Shown here one piece after another: positions 36,401 to 47,320 of a DNA stretch of 64,000 bases. Made by a program: the position numbers and the translations under genes. Numbering within the stretch: the first letter of the stretch is position 1; each line of letters begins with the position of its first letter. This DNA comes from Callorhinchus milii (taxonomy: Eukaryota), in NCBI RefSeq assembly GCF_018977255.1, contig NW_024704749.1:8990001-9054000 (forward strand), written 5' to 3'. The notes under the pieces were generated by a model. The model saw only the letters and a list, made by a program, of their open reading frames with translations. It searched no databases and was not told where the DNA came from.

Positions 36401-37005
36401 AAGCGCTTCACAGAATATACTGTAAAGTGAATTGACTGTATATTATGTGTGAGTGAAGGCTATCCATGTTTTGAATAAACTTTTGAGTAAAGTTTGTGAA
36501 CCACAGCAATTTAAAAAAAGTGCTAGGCTTTTATATAGTGAGGATAAATGTTATATCAGCGATAGGAAACTAATCCCAGATTGTCACAGACAGAATCATA
36601 GAGCGTCACAGCACAGAAGGAGGCCATTCGGCCCATTGTGCCTATGCCGGCTCTTCGGAAGAGTTATCCCATTAGTCCCACTCCCCGACTCTTTCCCCCA
36701 TCTTGTCGTGCTGGATGTTTGAAGTGAATTGGGAAGCATTTTTTGCTGTTCGTAGGAGGGTTGCACTGTGGCGCTTTGTTAAGACTATATACGCTTTTCC
36801 CCAGCCTGCTCTCAGTGGATTTGACCCGTTCGAAGGTTCAGTAAGACTCGCTGCTTGGCGTGATCGCGTGAAGAACGAAATTGGTGTCGAACTATTCAAC
36901 GAAGCTCATGCACCCCTTCTGCAAGTCAAAGAAATGGCTATCTCCATGCCGAAGAACCCTGCAACAGAAGCCATTAAACAAAACCTGCTGAAAAGATACA
37001 ATTAA
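33201..37005 (+). CDS. GSTT1: Glutathione S-transferase theta class (GSTT1/GSTT3-like), 242 aa
   Basis: Five in-phase exons: 33201-33312, 34029-34116, 35261-35411, 35968-36144, 36805-37005 (112/88/151/177/201 nt). MGLEMYLDLNSQPCRSVFLFAKKNKIPF with catalytic Ser11, INPKRQVPAIKDGDFTLSESVAILKYL, WYPNDLQKRARVDEYLAWQH, TIADLVAIVELMQP. Paralog identity within the theta class is uncertain. Confidence 0.95.
34268..34566 (+). mobile_element. tRNA(Ala)-derived SINE, short form, in GSTT intron 2
   Basis: Full-length head (TGC anticodon-like loop), core and tail. Confidence 0.9.
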
Positions 37006-38837
37006 GATGGTGCCGTTAGAATTCAAAACTTTATTTTTCTGCAACGGTTTGTACAAACCTTCTTAAATGCTCCGTGCCTTCAATACAACGTGTGCTGGGT
37101 ATTTCTTTGCCTCTGTCCTGTATGCACCCCCCCCCCCGCCCTTTCTCTGTCTCTCTCACACTCGCTCGCTCCCTCCCTCCCTCAAGCACAGTATAATTTC
37201 ACTCTTTGCATGGAGCTTCCCTGCCATCCTGTGGCCAACCTGTGGTAATGTGACCGGATAAAACGTACATCTGCATCGGTCCCTCTGGTGGAAATGGGTA
37301 TTTTTGTCAATATAAAACGTGATCATGAGAATAATCCTTGCATTTGATCGTCCAACTGAACAGCCGGTTTCACGTGAGGTCCCGTAGCCAGATGAGGACC
37401 TGGGTTCGATTCCCGGGCACAGGGCGAAATGTTAGGCGAGTTTCCTTCCTCCGCCTGCCTCTGTTTACCGAGCAGTGAGTAGGAGCACGGTTGTTGGTCG
37501 AAATGGTGCATCACTTTTACAGGGCTAATAATCCCATCAACAAATAGACATCTTTCTGATGTGATAAAGTGTTATGCTAAATGCAAGGTTTATTAATATT
37601 ATTAGAGGGGCCGAGACTAACAGAGAGAGAGGGAGTAAAGAGAGAGACAGAAACTGGGGGCGAAAGCGAGCCTGATAGAGAGAGAGTGAGAAATAAAACT
37701 AAACAGATTGATGCTGCTTGTACTAATGCCTAATAATAACGTACTAACGGCTTTTGGCTATTTTTACCCATTCACACTACACCCCCCCCCGCCCCCCACC
37801 CCTCGGTCCCACAGTTCAGGGGCAAAGCTCTGATTGCCCAATGCCTTGGGACGTACTCCTCATTTGAAAGACGCCGTACAAATGTCAGTTTGTATTGTGC
37901 TTGTGTTACCCTCTGAACAAAGAAAAATGTTTTGCTATCTGCCCTTAATTAAACTCTACAACACTAAATCTAGAATCTCTTGTTTTATTGTCTTGGCGGA
38001 TCCTGAATTATTGATCTACGTTTACTCTCTCAATTGCAAAAATGTCTTGTCTCATCTCCCTAAGTACCTTGGGCTATAGTTTATCTTGGATTTCGCAGCA
38101 GTTTGGCAGGGAGAGTGCTTCGAGATGTTTCAACAGCGTGATAAAATGTCCTATCAAATGCACCGATTATCATTATTCTAAATATACCCTCTCCCACACC
38201 GTTCAATTAAATCCGCCTGTAACTCACTCCTCGCACTTGTTATTTCAATGTTATTCTGCATCACTATATCCTCGATTAGATCAACCTGTGCCTCAACTTC
38301 CATTATTCTGGGTATGCCTTTACCCCAACCTATGGGATAGGTTCCACACTCACTCCTTTCACCGCACTGGAACAGTTTTAAAGTGAAATGCTCATCTGGT
38401 GACCTTGTCCGGTTATTCTCCAGAGTTGCCGTTGCCTGTTTGTAGTTCGCTTGTTAACTAGAGTGTTCGGGCCGGTTTCTACTGCTGACGTGTTCCTGCC
38501 TTTGCGATGACTAAACATTTACCTGACCCTGAGAGAGAATTGTGGCAGGACACCTGTACAAGGGGACAACCCAATGCGGGTTACAGGTAACCCCAGGTAC
38601 CGTGGACACATTCTGGGTGCCTCTGGGGTGCAGTGTGTCCTGAACCGCCCCACCTGATCCACTAAACGACCTAATTCTAGGTATTTTGCCCGCTTCGGTT
38701 ACTGCAGACACTGAGGTGAGCACCTGATACCGATGAGCCCTGGTCTGACCCGGCTCCCCCCGCAGCGGTGGTCTGGTCGGGGCTGGTTATAAGGTAACCC
38801 TCGCTCGTGCTCGCGAGTATGTTGGGGTGGTGAAGAG

Positions 38838-41415
38838 ATGGCTTTGGTGCTGTGGTGCCTGGCGCTGATCCACTGCGGGATCGCAGGACAGAATGCGACT
38901 GAGGAGCAAACCCAGATAGCTCGCGGAAAACTAATCGTGAGTATATTGTGAAGTGAATTGGTCGGATATTTGTGGGCGAAACGCAGCAGCCGATTGCACA
39001 CCACAGTGTCTCACAAACAGCCGTGGATTGTATCTGTCTCACAAGTGTGAGTGTGAGACAGGTACAGTTAGAGACGATGATCTGGGATGAGATTACTGAG
39101 CACTTGGGCCAAACATAAATTAGCACAGATTTGTATAAGACAGATTGTGTTGAAGCAGCCTTCTGGAATTCTTTAAAATTCTTTCAACCGGGTTAAACCG
39201 AGGTCTGTCTATGTAAAAAAAAATTACTGCTGCTTGTCCAGCAGAACGACAATTATTATTATGCGTAACTGAAATAAGATTGACTCGCCTCTGGGTTCCT
39301 GCGCTATTTATACTTTGTTTTAATCGATCCCCCAGTGCCTTCGCCGCTTTCTCCCTTTCCTCCTTCAAGGCCGGTCTCAAGACCTTTCTCTTTGACCGAG
39401 CCTTCAGCTCCCCTCTCGACTCTCTACCCCCTCCTCGCTCCCTCCCTTCCCTGCCCTCACCCTGACCATTTGCCCCCTGCTCGGGTCCCGACCCAACTGT
39501 ACAGCGCCTTGGGACGTCCTCCCTTGTTGTTGTTGTTGTTGTTTGAACAGGGTGTGGCAGTTGCTCCAGCCTCCACTCTTCTGACTTTTCCACATCTCTC
39601 TGATTTCTCCCCTTGGCTATAAACCATGGGAGTCTCTGTCTCAGGCTCTGAAGGTCTCGCTCATGCTGTTTTTCAGGCTCCAAGTTTGGTCGGATGACCG
39701 ATCAAGAAGCAGCCGGAGCTGTACCAATTCCTAATGGAACGCCTGGCGCTATAGTATCCTCCCTGTGACTGAGCAGCTGGGACACACAGCCCGTGACGGG
39801 GGGGGCGGAGGTGGGTGACACAGTGTATGGTTGGTGCCCGATATGGGGTGGCATAAAGAATGAGGGCACGGGGTGTGGGGATCAGAAGGTGTGGGGGTGA
39901 GGGGACACAGTGTACGCCACTCTGTAAGGAAACCCAATCTGGGGACTCCAACCCCACGTGAAGGACGCTATATAAATGCAAGTTGTTGTTGTTGTTGTTG
40001 ATTGCTGTGCGCTTAAACTCCGTGAGGAAGCTGAGGACCGCCCGAAATGTCCAATACATGTGACCACTTTCGAGCGCACACTGGGCCCTGTGTGCGGGGG
40101 CTGTTTAGAGCCAACCCCGATCCTCACACCAAACACAACCCCAAAAATTAACTCCCAAATCCTAAAGGCACTAATAACATCTGAACTCGAAAAATAACCT
40201 AAATGTTATCCCAACCCCTAATATGGCCCTAATATCAGTACCAAACCCTAAACACAACATTAATATCAGCACAAACCCTAAACACTGTACTAACATCAAG
40301 TCCTTGTCTGCTCAGAGCCAACCTTCCCCTCGGCTGTGAGCAGTTACCCCTCTCCCTGGGCTATCTATCTATTTGCTTAACTTCACCTTCAGCCACAACA
40401 TGGAGTATGAGTCCCGGGAAGACGAGGAGCCACGGTTTGTTTTCTACAATGTGGAGCAGGAGGTGGTGAAGGTCAGTGTCCAGTCACATCAACAGCACAA
40501 CTGCCACCACACGTCCTGAGCAGCTCAGCCACCAGCTCCAGCAAGCAATNNNNNNNNNNNNNNNNNNNNNNNNNNNNNNNNNNNNNNNNNNNNNNNNNNN
40601 NNNNNNNNNNNNNNNNNNNNNNNNNNNNNNNNNNNNNNNNNNNNNNNNNNNNNNNNNNNNNNNNNNNNNNNNNNNNNNAAATACGAATGCGTGTGTGTAA
40701 ATATGTGCGTAAATGAGTGTAAATGTGTGTGTGTGTGTGTGTATAACTATGTTTTTAAATACACGTGTGTGTGTGTGTGTAAATGGGTATGGGGTTAAAT
40801 ACAGTTTACATTTATACAATGCCTTTTGTGTTGAGAGGAAATCTCAAAGGCTTCCCAGTGTTGTTGTTGGCCGAGGACCTGAGCTGGAGGACAAAAGCCA
40901 AAGGGGGCAGCGAGGGGATAGGTAATCGCGGTAAATGTGTGCGTCGGTGAGTCTATGTGTGTCTTTGTCTGTGTGTGTGCGTGTGTGTGTATTTATGTGA
41001 CTATGCGCGCGTGTGTGTGTGTCGAACTCATCCACCCCCATCTGTTGTTTAAGAGGCACCTCCTTCCCCGTCCCTTATTTCGCCCACAAATACACAGTCG
41101 CTACACTTTACGGTAGAGCCCGCGGAGCGCTTTGAGACGTCTCGAAGACCCGATAAGGCGCGGTATCAAATGCGAGGATTATTATTATTATGATTATTAT
41201 GATTATTAAGCAGTGATTTGCTGTGTGGTGTGTGTGTGTGTGTAAGAAACAAGTCCACCTTCCTCTCACAGGAAGAGCTGGTGCAGGGAATGAAGTTGGA
41301 AGAGATGTCTGCTCTGCTCGAGTCGCTGGGATTCTACAGGAAATCAGCCAAGGGCGAGGAGGTTCCTGAAGAATTCCGGCATTTCCCACTCCGAGCTGCT
41401 CGGGATGAGCTGTAG
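38838..41415 (+). CDS. SELENOE: Selenoprotein E / Fep15 (SELENOM/Sep15 family), 132 aa, Sec at residue 40
   Basis: Exons 38838-38936, 39677-39753, 40393-40471, 41272-41415 join in phase to give MALVLWCLALIHCGIAGQNATEEQTQIARGKLIAPSLVG-U-PIKKQPELYQFLMERLALYHNMEYESREDEEPRFVFYNVEQEVVKEELVQGMKLEEMSALLESLGFYRKSAKGEEVPEEFRHFPLRAARDEL*. In-frame TGA at 39695-39697, hydrophobic signal peptide, RDEL terminus, SECIS downstream. Closely resembles recalled teleost Fep15 (APSVVGU..FLMERWALYHNLEY..LGFYKRSQKGEEVPEEF..RDEL). Confidence 0.93.
39330..39543 (+). mobile_element. L2 LINE 3' fragment in SELENOE intron 1
   Basis: SLSSFKAGLKTFLFDRAFSSPLDS coding end, one 46-bp unit and (TTG)n tail. Confidence 0.85.
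39695..39697 (+). other. SELENOE: Selenocysteine codon (TGA)
   Basis: In frame within exon 2 (GTC GGA TGA CCG ATC), at the position of U in the SELENOM CGGU motif; homology continues after it. Confidence 0.9.
39754..40392 (+). other. Probable U12-type (minor spliceosome) GT-AG intron
   Basis: Donor GTATCCTC (U12 consensus GTATCCTT); branch-like TTTGCTTAAC at 40372-40381 about 12 nt before the AG; short pyrimidine tract. Confidence 0.8.
40550..40678. other. Assembly gap (129 N) in SELENOE intron 3
   Basis: Run of N. The flanking exons join in phase, so no coding exon needs to be hidden here. Confidence 0.99.
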
Positions 41416-41441
41416 CCACGGTCACCTACGGACAGAGAATG

Positions 41442-41522
41442 GCTGGCAGGAAAGCGAGGATGATGTTAGTGTCTGAAAGGCGGTGACTCCCTGGCATTGG
41501 CGGAGAAGTTGCTTCCTGCAGC
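41442..41522 (+). promoter_or_regulatory. SECIS element (form 2) in the SELENOE 3' UTR
   Basis: Helix I GCAGGAA(A)GCGA / TTGCTTCCTGC; core ATGAT 41460-41464 / GGAG 41502-41505; helix II GTTAGTGTCTG / CTGGCATTGGC; apical AAA 41476-41478 plus mini-hairpin GGCG-GTGA-CTCC. Confidence 0.9.
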
Positions 41523-41534
41523 TGAGGTTCTCGT

Positions 41535-41540
41535 AATAAA
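41535..41540 (+). terminator. SELENOE polyadenylation signal (AATAAA)
   Basis: Canonical AATAAA 12 nt after the SECIS. Confidence 0.7.
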
Positions 41541-44500
41541 TTGACTACTGCTAACATCTGTGTGCGCTGATCTTAGTTTTCTTTGGCTCTTGGTAAGTCC
41601 AAGGACACCATCACCAAACCCCCCCCGCCCCCCCACAAAACACACACACACACACGATCCTGTTTGCCTGTTCTTTTCGGGGCCCTGCCACATTCCCGCT
41701 GAGAACGGGTTTAAATGCTTTGCAGATGATTCCGACCAGCCAGGGAACGTTCAGTGTCGATTACGGTAAAATGGGAAGCACATGTGGGGAGATGATCGCT
41801 GGGACTCTTTCGTGGGGGCCAGGCACCCTTCGCTGACTTGCGTCCGTCCCTCCCTGTTTTACCTTCCCGAAACTTCTCCTGGGTGTCGAACGCCTCCACC
41901 GGGTTTCCTCTCAGCCCTCTCCGACGCTCAATGAAGATAGCTCTTTAGTGTCGAGACCCGAAGCTCTCATCCCACCCCCCCCACCCCCACCCCCGTCACT
42001 CACCCCTACTCACCCCCCAAATAACCCGCGTTCGACAATGCAGTGCTGTGCGTTATTATCACCACTCTCCACCCCCTCCTGATCCCGACCGCCAGCAGAT
42101 CTCTGACGGTCCAGCGCCCTGGGACGTGCTCCCGACGCGAAAGGCGCTATACCGATGTAATCTTGTTGTTGTTCTTGTCGTTGAACTCGAGAGATTCATT
42201 CTTCGGGCCCTTCATCATCATCATCATCATCATCATCAACATCCCGGTGCAGTAATCAGCTGAGATCCAGAGTCGAGCCACCAGAGCAATTCTCCCAACA
42301 CACCACAGGATGACACTCTTCCCCCAGCTTTAACTCATCCTTTTCTCACCAGCGCACACTCTCTCTCGCTCGCTCGCTCGCTCGCTCTCTCTCGTGGCTG
42401 CCACTCAGAAGCCAGACACATTCATCAAGCGGAGAGAGAGTGGCTGCAGTATCCACAGACACTGGGTTAAAATCAGGCTGTTGAGGAAAGACAGTTTGCT
42501 GTTTACATAGAGTTAGCCTGTTAACACATGTACCCCCCAGTGACTCCTCAAGCCTTACACCAGCAGAGTTGACGGCTATTTTTTTTCTTAACCGGGTCAT
42601 TTGTCTAAATTATGTCACAGGCAATGAGGGAAGTGCTTAAGAAGCTCAAATGAAGGGTTTAGCTTTAACTGTGACACTTGTCTATCTCATTCTTCCTCAA
42701 AATAACTGCCCACTCCCACCCCACCCTCCCCCCCCCCCCCCACTCGGACCGCTGAGAAACTCTGTATCCACCTTTAACCCCTTCAGGGGCTCAGCGTGTG
42801 AAACTCACGCACACTCACTCCCCTCACTCGCGCTCGCTCACACTCAGACTCCCTTACGCGAGATAAGGCGCTACATCAAATGCAAGGATTAATTAAATAA
42901 TTCAATAAATAAATAGGCCAAAGGGAACTTCTTCAACCAAACCCCGTCTTGTGGTCTTGCCTGTGGCTGCCCCCAGCAGGCACTGGAGCTGAGTTGCGAT
43001 CGCAGGCAAAGGCAGAGTTGTCAGTCACTACTGCAGCTTCCCGATCCGCTCAGTTACAGACGTCAGTTTCAGTGCCGTTATTGAGGGCCTAACACGAGTT
43101 GGTAAAGTGAATCGGCGAAGAAAGGCAGGAGCTGCATTGGGAGCTGCCGTGTTTCAGATGAGGCCTCCGCCCTGAGGTCTTGTGTGCCTGTTTATCAGGT
43201 GGACGTCACAGACCGTTTGAACACCGAAGATTGGACTCGTCACTGTTCAGGAGGTGGACTACAGGGAGGGTAAGGGGTAGGAGGGGTGGCCGATCGCGTG
43301 ATCGTAGAGGAGGGTCTCGAGATGTGGTTCAGGCTACAATGCTGCGGTCGTGATGTTACTCCAAGTACAATTGTCTACGTGGCAGAAATTGGACGTGAAG
43401 ACAAGACACCCGGAAGGTGTAAGAGTCGGTCCGATCTCTCTAGTCGCTCCTCTCTCACTTGGGGTCCAATCTCTTAAGTTCCTCCTCTCTGGTTCGGCGA
43501 GGTACTCAGTGGAAGGGCACGAACCGACTGGAAAGAGTCTTTGGTGTGATGTATGTAACCGCCCCGTCACTCTTGATCATTCACTCACGGTGACAAGAGT
43601 AGTCCAGGAAAACCACATTATTTGTACTATTACGAAAATGTTAATAATTTTTAAATTGTTCCTAATCTGACAAGGAAATTGGATTTATAGTAATTGTGTT
43701 TGACTTTTTCTGAGGGCGATGACAAGGTATAAAGCCTGTGTAATTATTCAATGTACATTTGAATGGCCCTGGGTGATTATCGAATCACTACACCAAAACC
43801 CTCCGAAACCTTAAAAGGGAAACACAATCTACGGGATAGCGATCAGTAAGAAAAGAAACAAGTTTTGAGCAAGTTTGACTTTTTAAAAAAAAAAAGGGCT
43901 GTTGCTTTGTTTGTTGACACTCGAACCGCGACTGTTTGCGGGGACGCTGCTGTGCGCAATTGGCCGCCATGTTTCGCCCCCACTATATATATATATATAT
44001 ATACAGGGAATTCACCTTACAGCATATTCTGCGAAGCGCTTTGGGACAGCTCGAAGACGTGATGAGGCGCTGTATCAAAGGCAAGGATTGTTATTGTTAT
44101 TATTGTATATTAACGCCAAATTATTGCTGTCAGTTGAAGTCAATTGACATCTCGCTGTGACCAAAACGTGCAAATTGTCAGCACCTGAGACAAAGAATGA
44201 GCTCAGCGGCTAATGCACAAGTCCTTACTTGTCCTGAGCAAAGTTGGAACAAATTAAAGATCTGGCCCTAATTTAACTCAGTCAATCACAGGCTCCACAA
44301 TTGTTGCTCAGGCCTCAGCAAACGGGTCCTAGAGCTCCAGCAAAAGCGAGGCTCCTTTTACACAGCAACACAACAAGAGGTGACCCACCCCACGGACATC
44401 TCTGAGACGATGGGGCTTTTCAACCAGGTTAGTAGAAATAAGTTATTTTCCCCGGTCACCAGAGAGCACAAATTTAAGGTAATTACAAAAAAAATCAAAG

Positions 44501-45352
44501 GGGAATGTTATAAAATGTCTCTACAAATACAATAGTTACATTGGTGGAATCCGGCAGGTATTGTTGTTGGGCAAAGAATTTGATTTAAGGAGAATTAGAT
44601 AGATTCTTGAATAAAAAGCAAATATTAAGCGCTATGAGGAGCGAGCAGATGAAAGACCAGTGCAGAAAATGGTGGACCAAGTCGGCTGTGTTGGTGCTGT
44701 AAACTTTCTATGATTCCATGAATGGGAATTGGTTTGGACAGTTGGGCTTCCGCACAATGTGTGTGAAAAAGATTCTGTTACAATCCAAATGAATGGTGCA
44801 GGGCATTGCACTGCTGTACAATGGGAAGTGAACGGGAAGAGTTTGGGGTCCATTGGGATTCCATACAATAGGAATAGATGGATCTGCTGGATCTGTGGGA
44901 GTGTTCGCTGATGAATACATTGAGGGTTTATCAGTAAGATGCCAGAGAGCAGCGACTGTGGGAAGAACGGTGTTACGGGAGGATGCAGCACGTTGAGAGA
45001 GAGAGAGAGAGAGAGAGACAGCTTACGTGGCTGTGTTTGGTTGTTGCTCTCCTCGAGCGGCAGAATGGTGTATCGAAAGTTTATCCCGTATTTATTTCCA
45101 GAAATTGTAAAATGACAGCTATCGCTACATGTCAGTTTGAGGCGGCGGATGAGCTAAATTGTCACTTAGAGACATTGTGTGCGAAATTCATTTCAGGACG
45201 CCAGAGGTGATTTCCACACACAGTGTCTGTGTGTGACAATCACATTTATTACCTCGTCAAACTGCCATTTACTCTGTCTGCAAATCAGTCGCTCCGCACT
45301 GCAAATCGACTTCTTTAACATACCGCACAATCGCGTTCTTGCCAGACGCTCG

Positions 45353-45425
45353 GCGCGGGGGAGCAGGGCCCGGGGGAGCAGGGCCCGGGGGAGTAGGGCC
45401 CGAGGGAGCAGGGCGCGGGGGAGCA
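45353..45425. repeat. GC-rich 15-bp minisatellite, about 5 copies
   Basis: Units resembling GCCCGGGGGAGCAGG. Confidence 0.85.
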
Positions 45426-46769
45426 CGATGGCAGGGCCAGATTAGGGCATTGGCGGGCCCTAAGACAGATGGCGCTCTCTCGCGTGACTTTTGTAGCTGC
45501 GAACACGTCGAACTCCACAATCGAAACTCAGCGTGTACGTGTCAAATCGCGCTCAACGGACACGGTTGCTGGTGCGTTGGTTAATCCGACCCTTTACCCA
45601 AACCCATCTTGTGATCTTTAATTACCTCCACACCCTCGCACCAACCAACCACCCACTCACCCATTGGTGGGCGATTTCATCTCCTTTACCCCGACTCCTT
45701 GGAACTCGCTTCCAAAATCTCTCTCCTCCGTTGTCTGCACTTCACTCTGCGTTACTAAAATTCTGCCTATTTTACTGAGCCTTCAGTCATCTCTTCCCGC
45801 TCCTCATCTGCCGCCAAGCTCAGGTCCCAACTCCATTTGTGTAAAGTACTTAAGAGATGCTATCCTATGCGAGAGGTGAAATCGACATTGGCGTAGGCTC
45901 TGGGATTAGTCCAGGCTCACAGATTGTGCGTCTGTGAACGAGTGACAAAGCTGACAGAACGCAGAGTCTCAGCGTCGTTGGGGATGGCTTGTCCTCTTCT
46001 CAGCGTGTATAACACAGCCCCGAGTCTCCTGACAGAATGTTCCAGAGGTCAGCGCCGAAGCTCGGTCTGTTAAATGAGTTTGGCCTCAATCAATTATCAC
46101 TTGATCGCACATAAATAGAATACATTATCCGGAATTAAATGTCAAAGATCACAGGCATGAATAAGGCACCTGATGAGGACTCGTGTGTCCCCTGGGTGCA
46201 CCTCCAGGCCCCGGCCCACAGCCAAAACCCTTTTCGAACTATTCGGGACATGCTCTGTGGGTGGACCACGCTGGCTTCCTTTGCTTCAGCCCTTCACTAT
46301 CAATGCCAGGTACACTCACATCCGGTGTTGTGTCACATCAGAAGGATGACTGAGCATTATCAGGGACTGATATTAATTGGTATGGCTCTCGGCTCCGAAT
46401 CAGACGTTTCAAGCCCTATGTTGGGTCTTCGAGATTTCCCTATCTCTCCAACCTGATTCTTTCCTTCTCCGACCCGATTCCCTCCTTTTCCAACCTGCTC
46501 AGACCCGTGCCACGTACGACAGCTTTGAGAGCACCTCACACCAGGTTTTTCGGGATTCCACACATCAAGACTCTATTTCCGCAATCGTACAGTCCTAAAC
46601 TTTAAGACAAAATCGTGTTACGAGATGAGACTGTATGAAGTTCCGGGTCTCATGGCCCTCCCAACATGAGTTATTTTTAATTTAACACCCGAATTAAAAT
46701 TGTTATTATCATTTATCTTTAAAATCAAATAGATTTAAAGCAATCCAGACATTAGAAATGATTAATATA

Positions 46770-47320
46770 ACCATATTAAACTGATATTATCTAACTGACT
46801 GTATCAAATGGATGTTCTCTCAATCTGACTGTATCTAACTGATTGCAGAAGGTGAAGTGCATCTAAATGGAGTGCATCAATCCAACTCCAGGAAGCACCT
46901 TTATCTAACTCACTGTGTAACCAACCTTGTCCAATGGACTTCACAAAAGCTGCCTGAATCAATCTGATTTATATAATCTAATCACATCATTCTGCCTGTA
47001 TCTAATGGATGTATCTAACTAGTTATATCAATCTCGCTGTGTCTGATTGATTCAGACCAAGTGTAACAAGCTGACTGTACCCAACCTGTTGTATTGATCC
47101 GATTGTATCTAACCGATCGTATCTAACCAAGTGCATCAACTGCGCGGAGTCCAAGTGATTGTATCAATCTGACTGAGTCTAATCAGTTGTACCTAATCGA
47201 TTGCATCTAACCAACTATATCAATTGAACCTAACTGATGGTATCCAACCTGACGATCTAACTGATTGTACCCAACCGAATGTAACTAACTGACTGTTAAC
47301 TAACCATCATCTAATCTACG
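46770..47320. repeat. Degenerate tandem repeat of about 14 bp
   Basis: Recurring GTATCTAACTGA(C/T)T-like units over about 550 bp. Confidence 0.7.

Noticed and set aside
39695-39697. Reading the TGA as a premature stop (pseudogene)
   Set aside because: It aligns with the Sec of Fep15/SELENOM, downstream exons are intact and a SECIS is present.
41726-41765. Short exon-like segment after SELENOE (MIPTSQGTFSVDY)
   Set aside because: It lies beyond the poly(A) signal and has no recognisable homology or partners.
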